In this document: positions 11,301 to 24,693 of the stretch, one piece after another
Numbering within the stretch: position 1 is the first letter of the stretch
Layout of the letters: each line of letters opens with the position of its first letter
Origin: Anaeramoeba ignava BMAN
Taxonomy: Eukaryota > Protista > Anaeramoebae
Reading direction: 5' to 3'
DNA: 64,000 bases
Assembly (NCBI GenBank): GCA_028826165.1
Contig: JAPDFW010000074.1
Coordinates: 62,001 to 126,000 of the forward strand
The notes under the pieces: generated by a model
The model's database searches: none
What the model saw: the letters and a program-made list of their open reading frames with translations, nothing else
What the model was told of the DNA's origin: nothing
Translations under genes and position numbers: made by a program

Positions 11301-13587
11301 TAATATTTCATAAATCAACTTCACCAATTACTATTCTTGATACTGATGTTATATTTTGGTTTGGGGATTTGAATTATAGAATATCTTATCCTCGAGCTGA
11401 AGTTAAAAGAATGATAAAAGAAAAAAAATATTCAGAATTATTTGTTTATGATCAATTACAAGCTCAAATGAAATTGGGTGTTGCTTTTGTTGGGTTTTTA
11501 GAAGGAAAAATTGATTTTGCTCCAACATATAAATATGATTTAGGAACAAATATTTATGATACTAGGTTTTTATATCAAATTTAATATTAAATTTAAAATT
11601 AAAATTAAAATTAAAATTAAAATTAAAATTAAAATTAAAAATTAAATTCAAATTAAAATTAAAATTAAAATTAAAATTAAAATTCAAATTAAAATTAAAA
11701 TTATAAATTAAAATTAAATATAAAATTAAAATTAAAATTAAAATTAAAAATTAAAATTATAATTATAATTAAAATTAAAATTAAAAATTAAAAATTAAAA
11801 TTAAAATTAAAATCAAAATCAAAATTAAAATTAAAATTAAAATTAAAATTAAAATTAAAATTCATTTTGAAATTAAAATTAAAATTAAAATTAAAATTAA
11901 AATAAAAATAAAGTGAAAAGAGAAGAATTCCAGCTTGGTGTGATCGAATATTATTTCGAGGAAAAGGAATTCAACAAGAAAATTATCGAAGACATGAATA
12001 TTTATATTCCGATCATAAACCAGTATCTTCAATATTCCAAGTCAAAGTATGCAAAATTATACCCGAAAAACAACAACAATATCGATCCAAATTAATAAAA
12101 GAATTAGATAAAATTGAAAATGAAACAATTCCACATGCAACTGTTGATAAAAATATGATTGTTTTTGAAAATGTTTTATATAATGAACCTTCAACTCAAC
12201 AAATTACTCTTTCAAATGAAGGTTCTGTTTGGGTTCATTTTAAATTTATTCCTAAAATGAATGAAAGTGATATCTGTCAACCTTGGCTTAAAATTGATAA
12301 AACAAAAGGATTATTACTTCCTGGTCAAAAAATTACTATTAATTTATCTATTTTTGTTGATGTTCATACTTCTCATTTTTTTTCTCGTCAAAATTATATT
12401 GAAGATATTATTATATTACATTTGGAAGGTGGAAAAGATCATTTTGTACAAATTCATTTATAAAATCAAAATCAAAATCAAATTAAATTCAAAATTAAAA
12501 TTAAAATTAAAATTAAAATTAAAATCAAAATTAAAATCAAAATTAAAATTAAAATTAAAATCAAAATTAAAATTAAAATTAAAATTAATATTAAAATTAA
12601 AATTAAAATTAAAATCAAAATTTAAATTCAAATTTAAATCAAAATTAAAATTCAAAATTAAAATTAAAATTCAAATTTAAATCAAAATTAAAATTCAAAA
12701 TTAAAATTAAAATTAAAATTAAAATTAAAATTAAAATTAAAATCAAAATTAAAATTAAAATTAAAATGAAAATTAAAATTAAAATTAAATTTAAAATCAA
12801 AATTAAAATCAAAATTAAAATTTAAAATTAAAATTAAAATCAAAATTAAAATTAAAATCAAAATTAAAATCAAAAAGATTTCTATTCGAGCAAATTATCT
12901 ACAAAGTTGTTTTGGATCAAATTTAGAAACCTTAGTAACATATTCAACAACATTAAGAACAGGAACGACGAACAACACAACAAGTACGAAAGCAGGACTT
13001 CTTGTACCAAAAGAATTATGGCGGATGTTTGATTTTATTTATCAACATGGACTTGATATTCCGAATATTTTTATTGAAGCAGGAGATATAACGGAAATTC
13101 AATATATTCGAGAGTGTCTTGATACTGGACAGCCTTTTAATCAAGATGTTCATCCTTATTCTGTTGCTGAATCTATTCTCCGTTTTTTTGAATCTCTTCA
13201 AACTCCTTTAATTCCTTCCGATTTATATAAACCTGCTGTTGAACACAGTTCTTCCTTTAATGATTGCAAAAGAATTATTCGTCAATTGCCAATCGTTCAT
13301 CAGAATGTTTTTATTTATTTGATTTCTTTTCTTCGTGAATTACTTCTTCATAAAGATTCAAATGGAACAACACCAGAAAGAATTGGTAAATTTTTTTTCC
13401 GATTTTAATTTTTTTAATTTAATTTTTTTTATTTAATTTTTTTATTTAATTTTTTTATTTAATTCTTTTTTTTTTAGCTTCAGCTTTTTCTCAAGTTATT
13501 CTTAGAAAACCTATTTCAGAAAAAACTACAATGAGAGATTCAAATAAAAAAGTTACTTTCTTATTAAATTTTCTTCAAAATAATTAA
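8346..13587 (+). CDS. OCRL: OCRL/INPP5B-type inositol polyphosphate 5-phosphatase (5-phosphatase + ASH + RhoGAP-like), ~12 exons
   Basis: Spliced motifs [60 protein letters not shown]; ASH domain (12155-12446); RhoGAP-like domain lacking the Arg finger ('NIFIEAG'), as known for OCRL. The 5'-most exon boundaries are less certain. Confidence 0.9.
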
Positions 13588-13678
13588 ATTTTTAATCAAT
13601 AAAAAAAATTAAAAAAATTTTTAAAAAATCAAAAATTCATTTTTTTTCTTTTTTCGGTTTTTTTATTGTTTAAAAAAA

Positions 13679-15598
13679 ATGGATGTAAATTTCAATTTCA
13701 AATTAAAATTAAAATTAGAATTCAAATTAAAATTAAAATTCAATTCAAATTCAAAATCAAAATCAAAATCAAATTCAAAATTAAAATCAAAATTAAAATC
13801 AAAATCAAATTCAAAATTAAAATTAAATTCAAAATTAAAATTAAATTCAAAATTAAAATTAAAATTAAATTCAAAATCAAAATCAAAATCAAAATCAAAA
13901 CAGAAAAATTTTAAAATTGATGAATGGGAAAGAATGTTAGATGATGTTAAAATTGAAGAAGAGGATTTAAACAGATTAGTTATGAATTATCTTGTTGTTG
14001 AAGGATTCAAAGAAGCTGCAATTGAATTTCAAAAAGAAACAAAAACAAAACCTGATACAAATATTGATCTTATTGGTGAAAGAATGGAAATAAGAAATAC
14101 TGTTAATTCTGGTGATATTCCTCAAGCAATTGAAAAACTTAATGATTTTGATCCTGAAGTAAAAAATCAAAATCAAAATTAAAATTAAAATTAAAATTAA
14201 AATCAAAATCAAAATCAAAATCAAAATCAAAATTCAAAATCAAAATCAAAATCAAAATCAAAATCAAAATCAAAATCAAAATCAAAATTAATCAAAATAT
14301 AATTCAAAATCAAAATCAAAATCAAAATTAAAATTAAAATTAAAATCAAAATCAAAATCAAAATCAAAATCAAATTTAAAATCAAAATTAAAATTAAAAT
14401 CAAAATTAAAATTAAAATTAAAATTAAAATCAAAATCAAAATCAAAATCAAAATCAAAATCAAAATCAAAATCAAAATCAAAATCAAAATCAAAATCAAA
14501 ATCAAAATCAAAATCAAAATCAAAATTAAAATCAAAATCAAAATCAAAATCAAAATCAAAATCAAAATCAAAATCAAAATCTATTTATTTTTAAACAATT
14601 AATTATTAGGTTTTAGATTCAGATCCAAAACTTTATTTTCATTTACAACAACAACAACTTATAGAATTAATTAAAAAAGGAGATATTAATGAAATTTTAA
14701 AATTTCAAAATCAGAATGGTCAAAATCAAAATCTATTTTTATTTTTAAACAATTGAATTTTTTAATTGAATTTTTTAATTGAATTTTTTAATTTAAAAGT
14801 CTAATTTTTTGGATGAACTTGAAACAACAATGAGTTTATTAGCTTTTGATAATAAAAAAGAATCACCAGTTGGAGGATTATTAGATAATGCACAAAGACA
14901 AAAAGTTGCAAGTGAATTAAATGCAGCTATTCTTTCAACACAAAACAAGAAAAAGGTTTTTATTAAATTGAAAATTTTTAAAAATCCAAAATTGAATTTA
15001 AAATCAAAATTTTAAAATTGAATTTTCAAAATTAAAATTTTAAAATTCAAAAAAATCAAAATCAAAATTTTTCAATGAAATCAAAACCAAAGTTTAAAAA
15101 TCCAAAATCCAAAATCCAAAATAAAAAAAATCACCAGTTCAAAAGGATTATTAAAATCAAAATCAAAATCAAAACAAAGACAAAAAAAATCAAAATTAAA
15201 TGCAAAATTATTCTTTCAAACACAAAAACAAAAAAAATTAAAATTTGAAAATCAAAATGAAAATCAAAATCCAAAATCCAAAATCCAAAATCCAAATTAA
15301 AATTAAAATTAAAATCAAAATTAAAATCAAAATCAAAATCAAAAATCAAAATCAAAAATCAAAATCCAAAATCAAAATCAAAATCAAAATCAAAATCAAA
15401 ATCAAAATCAAAATCCAAATAAAAATTTTAATTTAAATCAAAAAATTTTAATTCAAATTTAATTTAGATTCTAAATTATCAAAATTACTTAAAACTTTAC
15501 TTTATACTCAAAAGCAATTAGAAGAAAAAGTTCATTTCCCTCAATTAACAGAAGAAAATTTAACAACAGGAAAATTAGTTTTACCAGAAAAAAAATAA
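13679..15598 (+). CDS. GID8: GID8/TWA1 (LisH-CTLH-CRA) subunit of the GID/CTLH E3 ligase; model has two local frame defects
   Basis: Exons 13679-13684, 13904-14158, 14610-~14718, 14800-14955, 15468-15598. Motifs 'DLNRLVMNYLVVEGFKEAAIEF', 'LYFHLQQQQLIELIK', 'ELETTMSLLAF..QRQKVASELNAAIL', 'SKLSKLLKTLLYTQKQLEEKVHFP'. Confidence 0.85.
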
Positions 15599-15794
15599 TT
15601 TCTTTCTTCTTTCTTTCATTTTTTTTCTTTGAAAAATTTTCTAATTTGAAATTAATTTCTCAAAATTCTTCCAAAAAAAAAAACCAACTTTACTTAAATT
15701 TCTTCTTTGATATTTCTTTTCATTTTAAAAATGGTTTTAAAAAATAATTTTCAATAAAAAAATCAAAAATTATTTTAAATTTGAAATTTTAAAT

Positions 15795-17258
15795 TTAATT
15801 ATGAATCATTTGCAAAAGAATTTTTTCAGATTCTATATGAAAACTTTGAATAAAATCATAAATTCTTTTTTCTCTATTTTTCTCTATAATTTCTTCATTA
15901 TTTTCTTTTTCTTTTTCATTTTCTTTTTCATTTTCAATTTCTTTTTCATTTTCATTTTCATTTTCATTTTCAATTTCTTTTTCATTTTCATTTTCATTTT
16001 CATTAAAATCTTGTGTGAAAAGATTATTAACATCACTAATATTTAAGCCATTAGTAAGAAGTAAATGACTTTGGATTTTATTTAAATTTTTATTTAAATT
16101 TTTATTTGAATTTTCATTTGAATTTTCATTTGAATTTTCATTTTCATTTGAATTTTCATTTTGATTTGAATTTTGATTTGAATTTTGATTTTCATTTTCA
16201 TTTTCATTTGAATTTTCATTTGAATTTTCATTTGAATTTTCATTTGAATTTTCATTTGAATTTTCATTTGAATTTTCATTTGAATTTTCATTTGAATTTT
16301 CACTTAAATTTTCATTTGAATTTTCATTTGAATTTTCATTTAAATTCTTATTTGAATTTTCATTTTCATTTAAATTTTGATTTTCATTTAAATTTTCATT
16401 TAAATTTTCATTTGAATTTTCATTTGAATTTGAATTTTGATTTAAATTTTCATTTGAATTTAAATTCTCTTTCAAATTTTCAATAATATTTTTATTTGTT
16501 AAATTTTTTTGATATTTAACCAATTCTTTTTGATTAGCTTGATACAACAACAAAGAAGCCAAAAGATGATAAATAGAAAAATCAGGCCAATTTTTAGTAA
16601 CAAAAATTAAAAGGGAAAAACTTGATTGCCATAATAAAAAGTCACTTAGACGAATTTCACCAGAAGTTCTGACAAGCAAATCAGGAGAAACAGAACCTGA
16701 GGTATATAAACATTGTTCAAAAAGGTCGAGACTAATATCTTCCGGAAGGATTTTATTCATTTCTATTCCTTTTCCGATAATTTTCATTCCGCGAAGAATT
16801 TCGTAACGCGAAGTGTAAGCAAAACATATATTCAAAACACTTCGTGTGTTGTTTTTAGATACAGAGATGGCTTTAACGGCTGTGCGTCTAACATCTTCAG
16901 GAATCATTTCAAGGTCTCCAAGAATATTAACTTTAACTCCTCGTTTTGCTATAAATTCTCCTTCTTGGATCATCAATGTAAATTTTTCTTTTGCTAAATC
17001 CATTAAAATTTGCACTTCTTCCTTGCTTCTTTTAAAGTTCTCAATACTGAAAGCATAAACCGTTACGTACTTTATCCCTAAATTTTCACACCATTCCAGT
17101 GTGTGTTCTAATTTTTGAAACCCATATCGATGTCCTTTTATTTGTTCTAAATTATTTGAACGTGCAAATCGTCGGTTTCCATCCATTATAAATGCAATAT
17201 GTTTGGGAAGATCTCCTCTTCGAAAAATATAACAAAGAAATTTCTCCCACCAATTCAT
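15795..17258 (-). CDS. DHDDS: cis-prenyltransferase catalytic subunit (dehydrodolichyl diphosphate synthase, Rer2/DHDDS)
   Basis: 'PKHIAFIMDGNRRFA', 'TVYAFSIENFKRS', 'PDLLVRTSGEIRLSDFLLWQ', 'WPDFS'; C-terminal SNEN microsatellite insert. Confidence 0.95.
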   Translation of the reverse strand: MNWWEKFLCYIFRRGDLPKHIAFIMDGNRRFARSNNLEQIKGHRYGFQKLEHTLEWCENLGIKYVTVYAFSIENFKRSKEEVQILMDLAKEKFTLMIQEGEFIAKRGVKVNILGDLEMIPEDVRRTAVKAISVSKNNTRSVLNICFAYTSRYEILRGMKIIGKGIEMNKILPEDISLDLFEQCLYTSGSVSPDLLVRTSGEIRLSDFLLWQSSFSLLIFVTKNWPDFSIYHLLASLLLYQANQKELVKYQKNLTNKNIIENLKENLNSNENLNQNSNSNENSNENLNENLNENQNLNENENSNKNLNENSNENSNENLSENSNENSNENSNENSNENSNENSNENSNENSNENENENQNSNQNSNQNENSNENENSNENSNENSNKNLNKNLNKIQSHLLLTNGLNISDVNNLFTQDFNENENENEKEIENENENENEKEIENEKENEKEKENNEEIIEKNREKRIYDFIQSFHIESEKILLQMIHN

Positions 17259-17264
17259 TATTTT

Positions 17265-17525
17265 AATTTAAAAATGAAAGAAAAAAAAAATGAAAAAAAA
17301 TGAAAAAAAAATAAATTGAAAAAAAAATAAATTGGTTCTTTCTTGTTTTTGTCATTTGTTTTTCTTTTTCTCTTAAATTTTCTTTGTTGGCTTTTTCTTT
17401 GTTGGATTTTTGCTTTGCTGTTTTCTGGCATTATTTTAAAATTGGAAAAAATTTTTTCATTTTTCATTTTTCATTTTTTTCATTTTTTTCATTTCTTTCA
17501 TTTTTTTTAAATAAATTAATTTTAA
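17265..17525. promoter_or_regulatory. Bidirectional promoter with back-to-back TCATTTT arrays (DHDDS / SNF1)
   Basis: (aaaatg)n at 17270-17310 faces the minus-strand gene; (tcatttt)x6 at 17456-17508 faces the plus-strand gene. The two ATGs are 274 bp apart. Confidence 0.7.
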
Positions 17526-17532
17526 ATTAAAT

Positions 17533-20500
17533 ATGGAACCAATTGTCGAAAGAATTGGAAAATACAAAATAGTAAAAACACTTGGAAAAGGAACATTTGG
17601 AAAAGTTAAACGTAGAAAACAAATTCAAAACAAATTGAAAAAAAAAATCAAATTAAAAAAATAAATAATTAATTTAAAATAAATGAATAAATAAATGTAT
17701 AGTTGGAATACATGAAGATACAGGACATAAAGTTGCTATTAAAATTCTAGATCAAGAAAAAATCAAACAAAAACAAAATCAAAATAATATTATTCGAGAA
17801 ATAAGGATATTAAAGATGTTTTCACATCCACATATAATTCATCTTTATGAAGTTATTCACACACCAACACACACATTTTTGATTATGGTATAATATTTCC
17901 AAATAATTCATAATTGTGTTGTTTATTAATGCTTCATTTAATTGCAAAATAATTATTCTTATTCAAAAAAAAAAAGGAATTTGTTTCTGGTGGTGAATTA
18001 TTTGATTATATTGTTGCAAGAAAAAAATTATCAGAACAAGAAACTAGGAAGTTTTTTCAACAATTAATTTCAGCTTTAAATTATTGTCATAATAGGGATG
18101 TTATTCATAGGGATATTAAGGTTTGATTTTAGATAGAAAAAATTCAATTTTAAATATTTTAAATATAAAATTAAATATAAAATTAAATATAAAATTAAAT
18201 ATAAATTAAATATAAAATTAAATATAATATTAAATATAAAATTAAATATAAAATTAAATATAATATTAAATATAATATTAAATATAATATTAAATATAAA
18301 ATTAAATATAAAATTAAATATATTAAATTAAATATAAAATATTAAATATAAAAATCAAAAAATAAAATTAAAATAAAATTAAATACAAAATTAAATATAA
18401 TATTAAATATAAAATTAAAATATAAAATTAAATACAAAATTAAATACAAAATTAAATATAAAATTAAATATAAAATAAAAATACAAAAATTAAATACAAA
18501 AATTAAATATAAAATTAAATATAATAATTAAATATAATAAATTAAATATAAAAATAAAAATATAAAATTAAAAATAAAAATTAAATATAAAAATAAATTA
18601 AATATAATATTAAATATAAAATTAAATATAAAATAAAAATATAATATTAAATATATTAATTAAATATAAATATTAAATATAATATTAAATATAAAATTAA
18701 ATATAATATTAAATACAAAAATTAAAATATAATATTAAATATAATATTAAATATAATATTAAATATAATATTAAATATAATATTAAATACAAAATTAAAT
18801 ATAATATTAAATATAAAATTAAATATAATATTAAATATAATATTAAATATAATATTAAATATAATATTAAATATAATATTAAATATAAAATTAAATATAA
18901 TATTAAATATAAAATTAAATATAATATTAAAATAATAATATAAATATAAAATTAAAAATAAAATTAACAAAAATAAATAAATAAATAAAAAATTAAATAT
19001 AAAATTAAATATAATATTAAATATAAAAATTAAATATAAAATTAAATATAATATTAAATATAATATTAAATATAAAATTAAATATAATATTAAATATAAA
19101 ATTAAATATAAAATTAAATATAAAATTAAATATAAAATTAAATATAAAATTAAATATAAAATTAAATATAATATTAAATATAATATTAAATATAATATTA
19201 AATATAATATTAAATATAAAATTAAATATAAAATTAAATATAATATTAAATATAATATTAAATATAAAATTAAATATAAAATTAAATATAATATTAAATA
19301 TAATATTAAATATAATATTAAATATAAAATTAAATATAATATTAAATATAATATTAAATATAATATTAAATACAATATTAAATAATGTAAATATATCTAA
19401 AATTATTCAAAAAAAAAAGCCTGAAAATCTTCTTCTTGATCAAGATGGAAATTTAAAACTTGCTGATTTTGGGCTTTCTGCGATTGTAAATGAAGGAGAA
19501 TTTTTAGCAACTTCATGTGGATCACCTTCATATGCAAGTCCAGAAATTGTTTCAGGAAATCTTTATGCAGGACCTGAAGTAGATGTTTGGAGTTGTGGAG
19601 TTGTTTTATATGCAATGATTACAGGAAAATTACCTTTTGTTCATCCAAATGTTTCCCAACTTTTTAAAAAAATTAAAAAAGGAGTTTTTAATATGCCTGA
19701 AGGAGTACCAGATGATGCTGCAGATTTAATCAGAAAAATGTTAATTGTTGAACCTTATAAAAGAATTACTATTCAACAAATTATGTAAATAGATGATCCT
19801 TTTATCTTTTTTATTGAACTTTTTAAAATCATAATTAAAATCAAAATTAAAATTCTAATTAAAATTAAAATTTAAATTAAAATTAAAATTAAAATTAAAA
19901 TTAAAATTAAAATTAAAATCAAAATTAAAATTAAAATTAAAATTAAAATTAAAATTAAAATTAAAATTAAAATTAAAATTAAAATTAAAATTAAAATTAA
20001 AATTAAAATCAAAATTAAAATTAAAATTAAAATCGGATAAAAAATTAAAATTAAAATTATAAAATAAAAAAGGGAACATCCTTGGTTTAAAGTAGATATT
20101 CCTTCTTATATTTCCGAATGGAAAAAAATTGAAGCAACTCCACAAAGTATTTCCGAATTAGATGCGAAAATTGTGACGAAAATAGCAAAATACATGAATT
20201 GCTCAAGAGAACAAGCCAAAATAAAATTAACAACAAATCCAAATAAAGATTTTCTTTTTATGTATCAACTTTATGAAGAGCAACAAAATCCAAATCATTT
20301 TTCACATCAAAAAGAATTCAATCGAAAAGATCTTTATAGCGTTTCAAATATTCCAATAAATCGAAATCAAAAAATAGTAAAAGATAACTTAGAAAATCAA
20401 TGGAGACTTGGTGTTTTGTCTTCAGAAAGACCATTAAGAATTATGACTGAAGTTTATAAAGCTCTTCAAATACTTGATTGTGAATGGGCTGTTATTAATG

Positions 20501-20808
20501 AATATAAACTTAGTTGTAGATTTATTCGCCAAAATTTAAAATCAAATTCTAATTCTAATTTAAATTTAAAATCAAATTCTAATTTAAATTCTAATTCTAA
20601 TTCTAAATCAAATTCTAATTCTAATTCAAATTCTAATTCTAATTTAAAAAACTCAAAACAAAATCAAGAAAAAAATGAAGATTTTCAAATTAGTTTGTTT
20701 CTTTTTGATAAATCTCCAAAATATGTTCTTGATTTTCAAAGAACTCAAGGAGAAGTTTTTTTGTTTTTTCATTATTGTTCTCATTTGATTAATCTTTTGA
20801 AAATTTAA
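17533..20808 (+). CDS. SNF1: AMPK/SNF1 catalytic alpha subunit, 5 exons
   Basis: Exons 17533-17611, 17703-17887, 17977-18120, 19420-19784, 20073-20808. Motifs [23 protein letters not shown], activation loop '[30 protein letters not shown]', and C-terminal '[26 protein letters not shown]'. Confidence 0.95.
18160..19380 (+). repeat. Intronic 12-bp microsatellite (ATTAAATATAAW)n in SNF1 intron 3
   Basis: About 1.2 kb of near-pure repeat between the GT donor at 18121 and the AG acceptor ending at 19419. Confidence 0.9.
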
Positions 20809-20841
20809 AAAGATTTAATTTGATCCTTTTTTTTTTTGAAA

Positions 20842-20872
<31 letters not shown>

Positions 20873-21187
20873 GGATTGAAAAGGATCAAGAATAAAGAAT
20901 AAAGATTAAAAAGATTATTTTTTTTATTTTTTATTTTTTTTTTGAAAGTTTTGTCAATAGAAGAAAAACTGATCTTCTTCTATTGAATCAATCAATCAAT
21001 GAATCAATGAATCATTCATTAAAGAAAAAGAAAAAGAAAAAGAAAAAGATTTCATTATAAAATTTCAAAAGAAAAATGTAATGAAAAGCATTCTAAAAAA
21101 AAAGAATTTTTTAAAAGAATTTTTAAAAGAATTTTCTTAAAGGATTTGGTTAAAAGAATTTGGTTAAAAGAATTTGGTTAAAAGAAT

Positions 21188-24100
21188 TTATTCTGAAAAT
21201 GGAGTATTACTAATAAATCTTTGAATCATATCAAGAGAATTTTTTGGTTGATTTCTCTGTTATTTTTTAGAATAAATAAATTTACAAAATAAAATTAAAA
21301 ATTAAAAATTAAAAATTAAAAATTAAAAATTAAAAATTAAAAATTAAAAATTAAATATTAAATATTAAAAATTAAAAATTAAAAATTAAATATTAAATTA
21401 CAGGACTAAATAATAAAATAAAAAGAATTAAAATAAAAATGAAAAATTAGAGTTATATTTATATTTATATTAATATTTATATTTATAAGTTATTTTATAC
21501 CATAAATGACCAGCTCCAACAATAATAACTTGCCACAAATTAGAATAGTTTCTTGTGTAACCAGCAACATTACTATCAACTTTCCAAATGACTTTTTTTG
21601 AGTTTATAAAATTATTAACACCAGACCAATGTAAATTCTCAAGCCAAGCAGTAGTTCCTATATGATTAACTTCCAGATCAAATTGGCCACTATAAACCAT
21701 GACTTTGAGGTTGTTTTCAAGAATAAAATCAACCAAATGAGCAACGGATTTAGGGATATCATCATTAAGTGCGTTTCCAACATCATCAGAACAGAATGCC
21801 CAAGTAAGTTCTTCAACTCCGAGTAAGTATTTTGTTTGTTCAAGATTGAGGAATGTTGTTAAGTAATCGAAGTTGTAATCTCCATAAAGTCGAATGTCTA
21901 ATCCATTAACTCCTCCTCCTAAACTGCTTAATGTGTCTAATGTATTTTGAAATGCGGTTGCTGCTTCGCTCCATTTTTTTTGTTCAATGTAGGAAACACA
22001 TTCATCTTGTAAGTTGTTGATAGCTGTCATTTTGTTTACTGGAATTACGCTTGTTGAAGAAGCATATTCGGTATAATGTTTTACTTGATTGATAGGATCA
22101 GTGAATCCGTCACCTTTTAAATATAAATATAAATATAAATGAAAATATTTAAATATAAATAAAATTATAAATATAAATAAAATTATAAATAAAATTATAA
22201 ATATAAATATAAATATAAATATAAATATAAATAAAAATATAAATATTTAAAATAAATAAAATATTAAAATAAATATAAAATATTTAAATAAACATAAATA
22301 TTTAAATAAATATAAATATTTAAATAAATATAAATATTTAAATAAATATAAATATTTAAATAAATATAAATATTTAAATAAATATAAATATTTAAATAAA
22401 TATAAATATTTAAATAAAATAAACATAAAAATAAAAACAAATATAAATATTTAAAATAAATAAATACAAAAAAATTAAAATAATAAATATAAAAATTAAA
22501 TGAAAATATAAATAAAATAAAAATATAAAATATAAATATTTAAATAAATATAAATATTTAAATAAATATAAATTAAAAATAAATAAAAATAAATATAAAA
22601 TATTAAAATAAATATAAAATATAAATAAAAATATAAAAAACATAAATAAATGATTTAAAATACAAAAAAATAAAAATAAATAAACATAAAATAAATAAAT
22701 ATAAATATAAAACATAAAATATAAATATAAACATAAAAATAAATATAAAATAAAATATAAAATATAAAAATAAATATAAATATAAAAATATAAACATAAA
22801 TAAATATAAAATATAAACATAAACATAAAATAAATAAAAATAAAATATAAAACAAAAAAATAAAAATAAATATAAATATAAAATAAAAATATAAATATAA
22901 AAAATATAAAAACATATAAAATAAAATAAAAATAAAATATTTAAATAAAATAAATAAATAAAATAAATTAAAAAAATATAAAACAAACATAAAATATAAA
23001 TATAAATAAAAAAAAAAAAATATAAATATAAATATAAATATTTTAAATAAATATAACATAAACATAAATATTTTAAAATAAATATAAATATAAAAAAATA
23101 TAAATATTTAAATAAAAAATATAAAAAAAACAAAATAAAAAATTAAATGAAATTAAAAAATAAAAATAAACAAAAAAATAAAAAAAATAAAAATAAAAAA
23201 TAAACATAAATATAAATATATAATTAATATAAACATAAATATATAAAATAAAAAAACATAAAATATAAAAATAAAATATAAAATATAAATATAAAATATA
23301 AATATAAATATAAATATAAATATAAATATAAATATAAATATAAATATAAATATAAACATAAATAAATAAATTATAAATATAAATATAAAAAAAAATATAA
23401 ATATAAAATAAAAAAAAATAAATAAATATAAATAAAAAAAATTAAAAATATAAAAATAAAAAAAATAAAATAAAAAAATATAAACATAAAAATAAAATAT
23501 ACAAAATAAATATAAAATAAATATAAATATAAATAAAAATATAAAATAAATATAAATAAAAATAAATATAAATATTTAAATAAATATAAATATAAATAAA
23601 ATAAATATAAATATAAATATTTAAATAAATATATAAAAATATAAATATTAATATAAATATAAATATTAAATAAATATAAATATAAATATAAATATAAATA
23701 TAAATATAAATATAAATATAAATATAAATATTTAAATATAAATATAAATATTTAAATATAAATATAAATATTTAAATAAATATAAATAAAAATATAAATA
23801 TTTAAATATAAATATAAATATTTAAATAAATATAAATAAAAATATAAATATTTAAATATAAATATAAATATAAATATAAATATAAATATAAATATAAATA
23901 TAAATTAAAAATTACCCATTGCAATACCAACTAAATTTAAATAGTTTCCATTTGCGATTATTTTATAAGCCAAAGCAGGAATATATTTACCAGCATAACT
24001 CTCACCAAAAACATAGAAATCATGATGAGAAAAATCATGAAACTTATCAAAGAAGATTCTCAAAGCCTCATAAAGTTCATTAGCAAGGGAAGTTTCATCC

Positions 24101-24528
24101 TTAACGAACTGATTAGTACCAGAAAAACTAAAACCAGTACCAGCAGGATTATCAATATAAAGAAGATTAAGATTAGAGTTCCAAGAATAAGGATTTTGAG
24201 AAAGAGAACCATCAGAATTTAACGAAATAGGACCGTTTTCAAGAAAGAGTCCAGCTTCAGATGAGCATCCTGGGCCTCCTTGAAGCCAAAGAGCAACTGG
24301 ATCCGTTGATGGATCGTTTTGACTCTCAAAAAATATGAAAAATAATGTCGCTAGATCTGTTTTGTTCGCTAATATAAATCCTGTATAACATCTTACTCCC
24401 CCAATTTCTGTTCTTGTTGCTTCGTATATCATCTCTCTTGGTATGTCGTTGATAATTATAAATGGATGTTGTGTTGTTGTTAAAATGATTAAAATTGAAA
24501 TCAGGAAAATGAAATTGATCGAAAACAT
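21188..24528 (-). CDS. Serine carboxypeptidase (peptidase S10) with signal peptide, 4 exons including a 4-nt microexon
   Basis: Exons 24528-23916, 22113-21501, 21405-21402, 21256-21188. Motifs [25 protein letters not shown], catalytic GESYAG, GQFD and GAGH. Confidence 0.92.
22120..23905. repeat. Intronic (ATATAA/ATAAA)n microsatellite in carboxypeptidase intron 1
   Basis: About 1.8 kb of almost G-free simple repeat. Confidence 0.9.
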
Positions 24529-24693
24529 TTTCTTATTTAAAAAAAAAAATGAAAAATGAAAAATGAAAAATTAAAAATGAAAAAAAAATTTTTTTTTTGT
24601 TTTTTTTTAATCATTTTTTCTAATAATTACTAAAAAAATTTTTTCTTTTTTATTTTTTTTATTTTTTTCATTTTTTTTCTTTTTTTAAAATTA

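Noticed and set aside
13060-13090. Missing arginine finger in the RhoGAP domain
   Set aside because: An inactive RhoGAP-like domain is the established normal state for OCRL/INPP5B proteins.
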